A DNA stretch of 32,000 nucleotides from Wallemia ichthyophaga EXF-994 (GCF_000400465.1 NW_008806295.1:60001-92000), one strand, 5' to 3'. Counted from the first letter of the stretch, positions 11,127 through 20,892 are shown. Made by a program: numbers and translations. The notes: generated by a model from the letters alone, not told the origin.

Positions 11127-12106
11127 ATGAGCACCTACGCACGCCCCACGTACACGGGCAGTCCGAGCTGGCAGGCGAATGATTTCTTCAACGCCCATAG
11201 CCGCAGCCTTGGTTTGAGTCGGGAGCGCTATCCGCACTCGCGCTTCTCTGAGTTGTTTGCTGTTATCAGAAATGTGAGTGGGGACAGCACGAGCGAGCCG
11301 AACGAGCCGAACGAGACGAACGAGACTCACGGATAACATTGCAGATACTCCGAATTGGTGGCTCACACATCGAAGAAGCCCAGCTGGCGCATTCCAAGTA
11401 CTACTACATGGGATGCATAGAAGCACCGTACTCGTCGCGCGAGCTAGCCGCTGCAGCAGGCTACCAGGCATTCCTAGTATGGGAGAACCACCACCTCGTC
11501 CTGATGCCCTCTTTCGTCCCCGGCCTCAAGCAAGTCCTCGAATGGATCGCTGGGATCGCCATCGCTGAGAGCTGCAAACTCTGCGAGGAGCTCGCCTTCA
11601 CTAACGAAAAGGAAATACGCGAGGCTTGCGAATGGGCTGCTAAAACTGCTCAAATCGCTTACGAGGAGACTCACTCGCGCATTGGTCGCATCAGACGTCA
11701 TAGCGTTGGTAATCAGCGTCAACATCAGGAATTTTATAATAGCAGATATCTCCCAGGTCAGCCTGATACCGTGTACGGCGGATACCAAGGTTATCCCGCT
11801 GGTTACGGCAGTTACCCAGAAGAATTTGGTCCGGCGTACATGGGCGATTACTACGGTGGTTATGGCATGCCAATGCCCCAGCATTACGGTGGTATGAGTG
11901 GTATGGGTGGTGGTATGGCTGGTGGAATGCCTGGAATGGGCAGTATGGGCAACATGGGTATGGGTACAGGCACAGGAATGAATGGTATGATGCCCAATAT
12001 GGGCATGAACGGTATGAGCAATATGAATGGCATGAACGGCATGAACGGCATGGGAATCCCTCAATCCTCGTCCATGTACATGCCCTACAATCACTACCCG
12101 TACTGA
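11127..12106 (+). CDS. Uncharacterized protein; possible distant CipC/DUF3759-like core with a Y/G/M/N-rich low-complexity tail; intron 11274..11344
   Basis: ORF 11127..11336 joins ORF 11339..12106 in frame through a GTGAGT...CAG intron. The family call is from recalled motif similarity only. Confidence 0.7.
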
Positions 12107-12217
12107 CATAGTAGCACAATAAAACCCACACTAACACCCACACGGATCAAACTAAGTTATAGAAACGTTTGCACTCAACACAGTTGTATTTGTATGTATA
12201 TCATCCATCTTGACATA

Positions 12218-13398
12218 TCAAGACATATCCACCACACACCTCACACACTCACCACCGTGTAGATGCTCAAAAGCCTCATTCATCTCGCTCAGGCTGCGCG
12301 TGTGAGTGTGGAACGAATCCACGTCGAGTTTGTTATTGAGGTAGTCCACAACAATCCCCGGCAGCTCGCTCTTGCCTTTAACACCACCGAAGACGCTACC
12401 TTTCCACACTCTACCGGTGATGAGCTGGAGGGGATTAGTGGATATTTCGTCGGACATTGGCGCAAGACCGATGATGACGCTCTGGCCCCACCCCTTATGG
12501 CAGGCTTCGAGGGCGGATCTCATCACGCCGACGTTTCCAATACATACGATAGTGTGGTCGAGACCGCCTCCAGTGATATCAATCAGGTGCGATTCGATGG
12601 TCCTGTCGATGTGAAGGGGATTTACAAAGTCTGTTGCGCCGTGTTTCAAGGCGTGTTGCTCTTTGTTGCTGTTGGTATCTACTGCAATGATCCTGCGCGC
12701 TCCCGCCGCTTTCGCCCCTTGTACAGCGGCCAGACCTACGCAGCCGGCGCCGAAGACAGCGACCGTCTCGCCCTGCACCTTCTGCTTAGTAGCAGCGCCG
12801 TAGCCGGTAGTTATGCCGCAGCCGAGCAAGCAAGCTTTTTGTAGAGGAGCTTTCTTATCGACCACTGCAACAGAGTGCCTGCTAAGTACGCTGTACTGAG
12901 CGAAAGTGGAAGTGCCCATAAAGTGATTAACAGGGGTACCGCGGCAAGAGAAGCGGGTGCTTCCATCGCTCATAAGGCCCTTGTACTGTGTAGCAACGAG
13001 ACGCTGACATAGATTAGTTTTGCCGGAGATACAGAATGTGCATGAGGTGCACTCGCTGATGTACAGCGGGATCACGTGGTCGCCGGGTGCTATGTCGTCG
13101 ACACCTTCACCTACGCTCTCCACTACGGCACCACCTTCATGACCCAGTATGCACGGGAAATTGCTCAGTAAATCCTTTCCTGTCATGGCGAAAGCATCCG
13201 TGTGGCATACTCCTGTGTGCTCTACGCGCACTCGCACTTCGTCACGCAACGGCGGTGATACTTGTATTTCTTCGACCACGAGCGGAGTGTTGGCTTCCCA
13301 TGCTACGGCTGCCTTGCATGTTATCACTTGCTGCAATCTGTTTAGTGTGCCTGTCTTCTCTGATCTACACTCCCCCTCACATTGGCTGTGTTAGACAT
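12218..13398 (-). CDS. Zn-dependent alcohol dehydrogenase, class-III-like (divergent paralog of S-(hydroxymethyl)glutathione dehydrogenase); intron 13331..13380
   Basis: MSNTAN/QVITCKAAVAW after splicing. Motifs GVCHTD, ILGHEG, structural Zn cysteines (CTSCTFC...NLC), [10 protein letters not shown] and VFGAGCVG are present. Confidence 0.9.
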
Positions 13399-13590
13399 TT
13401 TCAATTTTTTTTTCTTGAGTTGTCGCTTGTATCGAATAGACAATGGAACATCTCGCATGCTTAATTTTGCTTTCGTAAACGTCATTCGTGCCTGTGCGTC
13501 ATGTTTTTCCCTTTAACGTCACTAACATCTCAAGGGGTTCGTGCACCAACAGAAAATGTATACGACGAGTATAAAACATAACAACAAGAT

Positions 13591-13644
13591 AAACAGAATC
13601 AATAAACAAGATAAATAAAACAGAATCAATAAACAAGATAAATA
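13591..13644. repeat. Perfect 27-bp tandem duplication spanning the stop codon of the adjacent minus-strand gene
   Basis: aaacagaatcaataaacaagataaata occurs at 13591..13617 and 13618..13644. Confidence 0.9.
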
Positions 13645-14492
13645 GCTGAGAGGATTACGGATAGGGTCGCAAAGACGTAGGACACGCCGTGCGCAACAGC
13701 CCAGCTATCAGCATTAACTTGGTTGTTGCCGCTCTTAATGCTGACTTTGAGCAAAGCAACCAGACCATCCTGGGGAGGGTTACCATTCACGGATACCTGT
13801 TCATTGTGGTTGACCATTGAGCTGTTGTAGGTGGTTAGGTTGGATTTAAAGCTCAATTCAGTTTCGTATGTGAAAGAGACGTTGGTGGCTGCATCGCCAT
13901 TCCTCGTCCAGTATCCCACCGTCTGCCCTTTCTGCGTGAGGTCTGCAGTTGCGTTGTTTATAGCCTTGGCTGTGGCATTACCTGCGATCCAATCCCTTCC
14001 GAGATTGTAACCATTAGGGATAATCATGTGATTTGCCTCTTTGTCCATTTCAGCAGAAGCAGCAATAAACAGTGCATTCGTGCTCGATTGGTTCCAGTAG
14101 CGAATATGATTACCGCCGTTTCTCGATTCATACAGCGTTCCGCCATTGCGGTCGTTGTAATTATAGCGCAGGATGCCTTGCTGGGCCACCAGTCCATCGC
14201 CGACATTCGCTAGCTGGTCGCCGCCCAAGTGGATTCCGGCGAATTCTTGCTGGAAGTGAAGCGAGTCCCAGTACGTGTAGAATCCACCAGGCGTCGAGTC
14301 ATCCACTTGCATCACTAGTGGATCGCTGTCGCCGCTAATGACGATATTCAGTGGCTCGCCAACCTCGTCATCACTGTTGGCTCGTGTGAGCCACCGCCCG
14401 CCATTTTCTGCTGGGTCGTTAAAGGCCTTTGCTTGTGATGGCTGCGATAGCCCCAGTAGTGCTGCTATTCCTGCTAGTATCAAACCGCGCAT
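13626..14492 (-). CDS. Secreted, probably GPI- or TM-anchored uncharacterized protein (GEPLNIVIS / GGNHIRYW motifs; LssY-C-like by recall)
   Basis: Lies within ORF 13626..14807. MRGLILAGIAALLGLSQPSQA is a signal-peptide-like start at 14492. There are multiple NxS/T sequons and a hydrophobic C-terminus (YVFATLSVILSAIYLVY). Confidence 0.75.
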   Translation of the reverse strand: MRGLILAGIAALLGLSQPSQAKAFNDPAENGGRWLTRANSDDEVGEPLNIVISGDSDPLVMQVDDSTPGGFYTYWDSLHFQQEFAGIHLGGDQLANVGDGLVAQQGILRYNYNDRNGGTLYESRNGGNHIRYWNQSSTNALFIAASAEMDKEANHMIIPNGYNLGRDWIAGNATAKAINNATADLTQKGQTVGYWTRNGDAATNVSFTYETELSFKSNLTTYNSSMVNHNEQVSVNGNPPQDGLVALLKVSIKSGNNQVNADSWAVAHGVSYVFATLSVILSAIYLVY

Positions 14493-14550
14493 GGCTGTAA
14501 TAAGAAGAAAGAAGGGATAAATAGAAATACATATATTGGAGTACATGTTG

Positions 14551-15345
14551 TTATCTGCGTGTTGTGCTGCCTCTGCTGGTGCTAGTGGTGTTGCTCGCAC
14601 CGCCAGTGCCGCGTGTGGAAGGTATTCTCGATCCAGGTGGCGGAATGCGCGATTGCGGGCGCGGTTGGGACGACGACGAGGAGGAATATGAAGAAGACGC
14701 AGACGCGCCTCTGGCCCCTCTAGCGCTCCCTCTAGTACTCCCTCTAGCACTCGCACTAAGTACGCGTCCCCTGCCACGAACACTACCACGAACATTACCA
14801 TTGGCACCCATCGCAGCTCTCAATTGAGCATCCTTCTCGCTTTCCACTCGATTCCTCTCCGTTTCTGCCTCCTCCGCCTGCCTCCTCCTCGACTCTTGCG
14901 CCTCCGCCTCACGCTGAATACGCTGATTCTCGCGCTGTCTGTGCTCTTGGACGCGCATATCATCCGTAGCTCCCTTCCAATGCTCATTCAGCATCAAGTT
15001 ACGCGTGTGCTCCTGTTGGCCAAGTATTCGCGTGTATTCATCGAGCAGCGTCGACGTCTGCTCTACGCGCTCAGCCAGTCTGTGGTTGTGTGTCTGGGCG
15101 ATACACAACGCGTCTACTGATTTCTGCAGCGGTTCGCGGAACTTGCGTAAAGCTTTCAATTCAGCTTGAAGCGCTTGTACGCACTGAGCGGGGTGAGCGG
15201 GGTGTTGTGGTTCATCGTCGTGCTCTGGGTTATCCACATTCAAATCCACATCTTCCTCCTCCTCACGCCTCGCTAGATCATTGAGGCTGAGCGCATGCTG
15301 GGTATCGTCTGCAAATGTAAAGGATTGCTGTTGGATGTCTTCCAT
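14551..15345 (-). CDS. DUO1: DASH/Dam1 kinetochore complex subunit Duo1
   Basis: TSTLLDEYTRILGQQEHTRNLMLNEHWKGATDD matches the Duo1 core (LL..WTRILSQTEH...LILNP.W.GA..D), followed by a coiled coil and an R/G/S-rich tail. Start taken at MEDIQ (15345). Confidence 0.75.
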   Translation of the reverse strand: MEDIQQQSFTFADDTQHALSLNDLARREEEEDVDLNVDNPEHDDEPQHPAHPAQCVQALQAELKALRKFREPLQKSVDALCIAQTHNHRLAERVEQTSTLLDEYTRILGQQEHTRNLMLNEHWKGATDDMRVQEHRQRENQRIQREAEAQESRRRQAEEAETERNRVESEKDAQLRAAMGANGNVRGSVRGRGRVLSASARGSTRGSARGARGASASSSYSSSSSSQPRPQSRIPPPGSRIPSTRGTGGASNTTSTSRGSTTRR

Positions 15346-15713
15346 CGCCCGCGGTAGTTGGTGGTGGATAGAGGAGAGGCGATGTGGGTGGTGGTATTTC
15401 CTTGTAAGCGTGTTGGACTCTACTAGTGGCTTTTTGTATTTCCACCGCCTGATGCTCCAACTCGACGATGAAAGACATTTGAAAATCTGCTCGATATGAA
15501 AATACACAAGCAATTAGTAGAGACTGACTCCTACAAATGAACATATATCGACAAACCTGCACTTTTGAAAACATATTATTTTTTTCCCTCTCAAGATTCC
15601 CAAAAACTGTTTCCCGCCTACGACCATCTTTATCAGATTCCAAGGAACGCTGTAGGTTTCGTTGATAGCCCTGTAAGCAAGCTAAATATCTACAGCCACG
15701 CGCGAGGATAAAT

Positions 15714-16094
15714 ATGTCAGCACCAAACCCAAAAGCCTTCCCATTAGCAGATGCAGGACTCACCAACAAGATACTGGATTTAGTCCAGCAATCCTCCCAC
15801 TACGCACAGCTTAAGAAAGGTGCAAACGAAGCTACAAAGACTCTCAACAGAGGAATTTGCGAGTTCATCATCATGACCGCAGACACTGAGCCAATTGAAA
15901 TTCTTCTTCATTTGCCACTTCTCTGCGAGGACAAGAACGTTCCGTACGTCTTTGTACCTTCAAAGACTGCTCTGGGTAGAGCTTGTGGTGTCAGCAGACC
16001 AGTGATTGCTGCATCCGTCACCACCAACCAGGCCACTGATCTCAACACGTCCATCAACCAGATCAAACTGGAAATTGAAAGATTGTTGGTTTAA
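15714..16094 (+). CDS. SNU13: Snu13/15.5K (L7Ae family) U4 snRNP and box C/D snoRNP protein
   Basis: [44 protein letters not shown] and [13 protein letters not shown] are near-canonical. Intronless, 126 aa. Confidence 0.97.
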   Translation: MSAPNPKAFPLADAGLTNKILDLVQQSSHYAQLKKGANEATKTLNRGICEFIIMTADTEPIEILLHLPLLCEDKNVPYVFVPSKTALGRACGVSRPVIAASVTTNQATDLNTSINQIKLEIERLLV

Positions 16095-16141
16095 TTTTTG
16101 TATTAGGAGTGTTATAACATGTTATTTGGTATTATATCGTG

Positions 16142-16904
16142 TTATAAGAACTTCCAGTACAATACAAAGCATATTACTATCGCTATTCCCACCAATGGAC
16201 TGTACTTTCTTATCAGCGCATCCAGATTGACCTTCTTGGCTGCCCTTTTATACTTGAAACTCTCGTCTTTAAGGGATGTAGACAGATGAGACATTTTATC
16301 GAGACTATCACCTCTCCAAAGCAAATCTTCAATGTTTTTAGTCATGATTCGTGTCACGTCTTGAAGGTCGTCATTGAGTTGTGAGTATGGTGATTGCTGT
16401 TGTGTTGCTGTAGCAGCGCGAGGATCTATATAAACCCTTTGTGTCTTTGAGATAAAATTTTCAAAAGATTGAGCAGCGTATGGACGTTTAAACGTGGGCA
16501 ATTGAGTGGTATATGACTGCTTGAACTCCTTATCCAGCTCATCCAAGTAGCTGAAAGCCAAGTTGCGCGGATAGGATTTGTCTGATATGCACAAGTAGCA
16601 AACCACATCAGATAACAGGTAATGTATCGTGTAGCTACCCGATTCAATTGAGCATTTAGATTCTGACTGCGGGGATATTCTGCGAAGAATGAGTTTTGAC
16701 TGCTGCTTTTGTTCCTTCAGGCTGGTTTCTGTCTGTGTGCCATTTCAATGGGGCTATACATGTACACGTGTCTCTACCCACTTGATCATCATCGATCGAC
16801 GCAGCCAAAGGAAGCTGGTCTATTGTGCGTATTAGATGATTCTACAGCACAAATCCCTTTCCTCGCCCACCTGAAATCCTCGTTATCGACGTTGAAAGTG
16901 CCAT
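16142..16904 (-). CDS. SEC22: R-SNARE Sec22; introns 16820..16870 and 16733..16781
   Basis: The spliced N-terminus reads MALSTSITRIS/DQLPLAASIDDDQ/TETSLKEQKQQSKLILRR...SIESGSYTIHY (longin domain). SYPRNLAFSYLDEL, the SNARE motif DVTRIMTKNIEDLLWRGDSLD and a C-terminal TM follow. Confidence 0.95.
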
Positions 16905-16919
16905 TGTACTGGTCAAGCC

Positions 16920-17387
16920 ATGACGACGACGGCGTTCAATTTGGTCGAGCAACTTAATTTTTACAAAGCCTATCACAGCAATAGGTGGAATGTGTTTATC
17001 CACAGGTTATTTGTCCCACTTATCGTTTGGTCTGCACTTGGTTTATTGGATTACGTGGGCTGGGAATGCGCTGCGATAACAGCAATCCTTTATCAGTTGT
17101 ATTACGTCATTCTATCTCCATCAATTGGATTGAGCTACCTACCTCAATTACTGATTATGCTCTATTCGGCGCACTCACTTAACGCGTACACTGGCAATGC
17201 AGTAGCCATCTTCACAATAACGCACGTTATTTCCTGGATAGCACAATTCTACGGTCACGCTAAGCACGAAGGTAGAGCTCCTGCTTTGCTCGATAACCTT
17301 ATTGGCGCCTTGCTTCTCGCGCCGCTATTCGTGCACATTGAGAATCTCGTAAATTTGGGATATTGTAGGGATATAGGTGGATCATAA
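16920..17387 (+). CDS. MPO1: Mpo1/YGL010w (DUF962) family ER membrane protein, 2-hydroxy fatty acid dioxygenase-like
   Basis: EQLNFYKAYHSNRWNVFIH and SWIAQFYGHAKHEGRAPALLDNL are diagnostic motifs. Confidence 0.88.
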   Translation: MTTTAFNLVEQLNFYKAYHSNRWNVFIHRLFVPLIVWSALGLLDYVGWECAAITAILYQLYYVILSPSIGLSYLPQLLIMLYSAHSLNAYTGNAVAIFTITHVISWIAQFYGHAKHEGRAPALLDNLIGALLLAPLFVHIENLVNLGYCRDIGGS

Positions 17388-17413
17388 TACACGGTGTACA
17401 TTAGTTAATATAT

Positions 17414-17981
17414 TCAATTACCTGACTCAACCACCTGGCTCAGTTCTGTGAAATTTTCAGATAAAGCGACGGCGAGCATATCGTGGTAAGTCTGGGTGTG
17501 TTTGTGAGTGGTTTATAACATGGTAAACAACCACCTGACCCACCTTGATCGTACTCAGCTTGCCATTCATGAACATATTCTCACCAGCCACCTGCTCGAT
17601 GTACTCCTTGGTGTACAGGTTAGGATTCTTGCCCTGATCGACGTGGTCGATGGCTTCGAGCGGCACGCGCGTGGTTGTGTGCCGCCTGAGCGTGTCGATG
17701 TGGGCTAGATGGTGCATGCTCTGCTGCACTTTCTCGCTAACGACGGTGCTGGTGGGTGAGGGCGTGGAAGTGTCTGTGTTTGCGTCTGCGTCTGCGCCAG
17801 CGTGCGCGTGCGTGTGCGTGTCTGTGTCGTTCTCAGCGCCGTTCACCTGGCTAGCTGCGACGCCCAATTCCAGCAGCGACTGGCTCAATCCCGTCAGCCT
17901 CCTCTCTAAACCATCGAGGACTTTTTCTTCCTGCTGTCTTCCCTGGGAATTGTCTGCGTCTGTGTCTGTGTATTTCGTCAT
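17414..17981 (-). CDS. MED10: Mediator subunit Med10 (Nut2); intron 17492..17543
   Basis: RVPLEAIDHVDQGKNPNLYTKEYIE...ENMFMNGK matches the Med10 core. The spliced last exon is TYHDMLAVALSENFTEL..., with the stop at 17414..17416. Confidence 0.88.
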
Positions 17982-18132
17982 GGTCGCTGTGGTGAGCGAG
18001 AGGGCTGACTGGATTTGGTGTTATCAGGGCCCACGGGGCAAGTCGCAACAGAGGAGAACTTACAAGCGCGGTGCCACCGGTCTCTCCCCAGCACCTCGCA
18101 GCTTCTGGTACTCGCGCTAGTCTTCTCGAACC

Positions 18133-19587
18133 ATGGCCGTCACTCTAGGAGAATACCAAGCGGGGGGACTGCGGATGCTCGATGGGGAGGAAGTCGATGA
18201 GCATGGCGTGGGGACGATACCGCTCGCTGCCGCCCTCCCCAGCGGACACGCTCCCGTGAAAGCGCGTAAGAAGGGCGTGATCGACAACAGCAAGGAGCAT
18301 CGCAAGGAGTACTGTCCCAACGAGCCAGCCAGCGCGCGTCTGCGGGCGGCGGTTGCAGATTTCCAAGCTGCGTACCGCCTCACTGCGAACGAGCACGCCG
18401 TTCTACAGGCATTCACGACGTACATCAAACTCCCGATGAATGTACCGCGCGACCCTCGTTACGGACACACTCTCAAGCCCAACGGGGAACGCGAGTACGC
18501 CGACATCGACACCTTCCTCGCAGATCCACCGACGCTCGTCGCGACATTCGCCGAGGTCTTCTTGGATCAGTTCGCATTCGACGTGGATCGCATCGCCTGT
18601 CTCCCGGCTCTCCTCAGCTCTTTCTTGAGCTTCGTCAGCGCGTCCGGGGCTGTGGAGGAGTGTACAAGTGGGCTGAGCAGGGCGTTGGATGTAGTGCGCG
18701 GCCCTCTGCGCTCTTTTCTGGCTTCTGCCGCCCGGATACTGAGTGCTCCCCACCTCGGCGCTTTCAACCGCGCCGCCCTCTTCGCTTTCGATATCTGGAT
18801 CGATGCTCCTCAGTACGGCGTGTTGCGCTATGTCGACGATATCGAGCGAGTGGAGGTCCTCGAAGAGGATCGGGTGCATTGCGATGCTTCCACTGCTAAC
18901 ACACCCAACAGCCTCCTCTCCCCTCTCGCTAGAGACCAGGTGTACTCGCAGCTCCTCGCCAAAAGCCTCGACGACATACCGTTACTGGTGCAGCACGCGG
19001 CAATGAAGATGCTAGGCGAGCCAGTGCAGTACACGCCCACCGTAGACACACTGCCCGACGCGGTGCTGTGCGAGTTGAGGAGGGTGTTTGCGGAGAATAC
19101 CGCCACGCACCAGCTCATACTCAACAAAGACGGCGTACAAGTGCTCAACAGATACCTGAGCGGGGGTGGGAGTGACACCAACAACGGCACCAACAACGGC
19201 AATGTGAGACACTCATACCGCCACGTCTTCATCGAGAGAAGCGTGCGGCAGATCAGCAGGCTCGACCGCTACAGCGAGGATTTGTGGCTCGTCGCTCTCG
19301 ATTCTGTGGCGGGGAACGAGGAGACACGGCGAAGCAAAGCCGTTGGCTGTTCTCGCGGTGAGTCTGTCGGTAACTCCACACATACCACGCACTCCGCCAT
19401 CGTCACTCTGTGGGATACCTCTTTCGTGCAATACGTAGGTGGCGTTGACGCACTTATCGGAATCAAGCTCGACGCTTTCTTTCACAAGGTGCAGCAGGTG
19501 CAACAACAGCGCGAGCATGTGCCCGGACTTCCTGAGTCGTGGTGGGTGGTGAATCTCGTCCATGTATTGAGGCAGCGACAGCTGTAG
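18133..19587 (+). CDS. Uncharacterized 484-aa protein, possibly a divergent Arb1 (Argonaute chaperone ARC complex subunit)
   Basis: Long intronless ORF. The family guess comes from recalled similarity of EYCPNEPASARLRAAVADFQAAYRL, FLSFV and LIGIKLDA..F to Arb1 blocks and is unverified. Confidence 0.7.
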   Translation: MAVTLGEYQAGGLRMLDGEEVDEHGVGTIPLAAALPSGHAPVKARKKGVIDNSKEHRKEYCPNEPASARLRAAVADFQAAYRLTANEHAVLQAFTTYIKLPMNVPRDPRYGHTLKPNGEREYADIDTFLADPPTLVATFAEVFLDQFAFDVDRIACLPALLSSFLSFVSASGAVEECTSGLSRALDVVRGPLRSFLASAARILSAPHLGAFNRAALFAFDIWIDAPQYGVLRYVDDIERVEVLEEDRVHCDASTANTPNSLLSPLARDQVYSQLLAKSLDDIPLLVQHAAMKMLGEPVQYTPTVDTLPDAVLCELRRVFAENTATHQLILNKDGVQVLNRYLSGGGSDTNNGTNNGNVRHSYRHVFIERSVRQISRLDRYSEDLWLVALDSVAGNEETRRSKAVGCSRGESVGNSTHTTHSAIVTLWDTSFVQYVGGVDALIGIKLDAFFHKVQQVQQQREHVPGLPESWWVVNLVHVLRQRQL

Positions 19588-19624
19588 ACTGCGTATAGTA
19601 AATGACATGCATGCATATCCATCC

Positions 19625-20862
19625 CTACGCAGGCGGTAAGAAAGCAGCCCAGAGGACACAAGCGACGCAGCCCCATAGCCGGGACCACGCGACGAACGAG
19701 CGAGCGAGTCTGCTATCTGTGTGCGCCGCCACCCACCACCACAGAGGGGGAAGGGCAGTCGCGAAACGCAGGGCGATCTGTACATTTGAAAAGCAGAGGA
19801 GGAGTATGAGAGTGAGTGTGTGCAGGACATAGTGGGGGAGAGCGCGCAGAGTCATGTGGGGATTGCAGATGGCTACGATCCCCACGACATACACCGGCAA
19901 CGATATGAGGAAATTGGGTATTTGCGATACATTCCAGTAGCGCAATAGCCCGTTATCCCAGTACGTTCCTTGCACATAGCTGTATGCGAGGGGGAGTGTG
20001 CGCGTGCAAAAAGGTGCTTGCGGACATAGCCGCGCGTATGCCTCCGTCTGCGTATATCCGAGTGGGGCGAATGATGCAATGGTGCCGAGAGACGCAAATG
20101 CTATGCGCTGAGAGGGGAGTGTCAGTGAAAGCGTTGGGCGAGAGAGAGTCTGTGCTCGCTGCCCACATTAATTATTCTCGGGGGGAAACACAGACGCCGC
20201 GTTTCTAGGACGGGGCGGATGAGTATTTCGTAGAGGAAGAAGCCGGCGAGGAGACAGCCGTTTGCGCGGGTGGAAGCGGCAGCGAAAGCGACGAGCGATG
20301 CCGTCAGCCAGGAGCCCTCGGCCACCATTCGCGCCGTCATGAGTGCGAGCGGCGTGTACACGGCCTCGGTGTACGGCACGAGCAGGGAAGGCGGCGAGGG
20401 AGGACACGCGGCCATTAGCAACGCTGGTGCAGCTGCCTGTGCGGGAGTGTAGTGCGGATACACGACGCGCGTCAGTCTGTACAGCTCGAGTGGTGCCAGT
20501 AGGCTGATGAGGTTCGCGAGGAAGGCACTCGCTATGAGCGTGTCGGAGAGCGTGAGCGTGTGGGCGTCGCGTATCGTGGCCATAACTAACCCGCATCCCC
20601 GCATCAGCAGTGGAATTCCAGGCATAAATGCTATTTCGTGCTCGCTGCGCCACCCCCCGTAAGAATTCATAGCGCGGCTGAGGAAGTGGAATACATCCCA
20701 GCGCAGAATCGATCGCGTCAACGCGTTCGTCTGGCTGCCCAGCAGAATCTCAGCGCTGGTATCGAATGAGGAGAGAATGGCGGATGCAACGAGGACGATG
20801 GACGCGTGGACTGCCTTGCACTTGATCGTCGTCTTTATTATTTCCTTTTCCCACTTTTTCAT
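19625..20862 (-). CDS. GPI18: GPI mannosyltransferase II (PIG-V/Gpi18); intron 20108..20166
   Basis: Motifs LRWDVFHF, EHEIAFMPG, PYTEAVY and TRANG are present. The spliced exon adds AYSYVQGTYWDNGLLRYWNVSQIPNFLISLP and ends WAAFLPPA. Confidence 0.9.
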
Positions 20863-20892
20863 TTGGTGGTGCCCTCGAGAAGACACACTGCC

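Noticed and set aside
11285-11330. GAACGAGCC/GAACGAGAC repeats that could look like a CRISPR-like or regulatory array
   Set aside because: They are short degenerate microsatellite units inside an intron, with no spacers, in a eukaryotic context.
11082-12143. Long antisense ORFs (11082..11471, 11474..12109, 11691..12143)
   Set aside because: They are shadows of the spliced plus-strand gene with its low-complexity tail.
12263-12844. 193-aa plus-strand ORF and similar antisense ORFs over ADH, NUP96, the nuclease and PDB1
   Set aside because: These are antisense shadows of well-supported genes with biased codon usage, with no independent motifs.
14493-14807. N-terminal extension of ORF 13626..14807 overlapping DUO1
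   Set aside because: It is an off-frame reading of the DUO1 R/G/S-rich tail, and a clean signal peptide starts at 14492.
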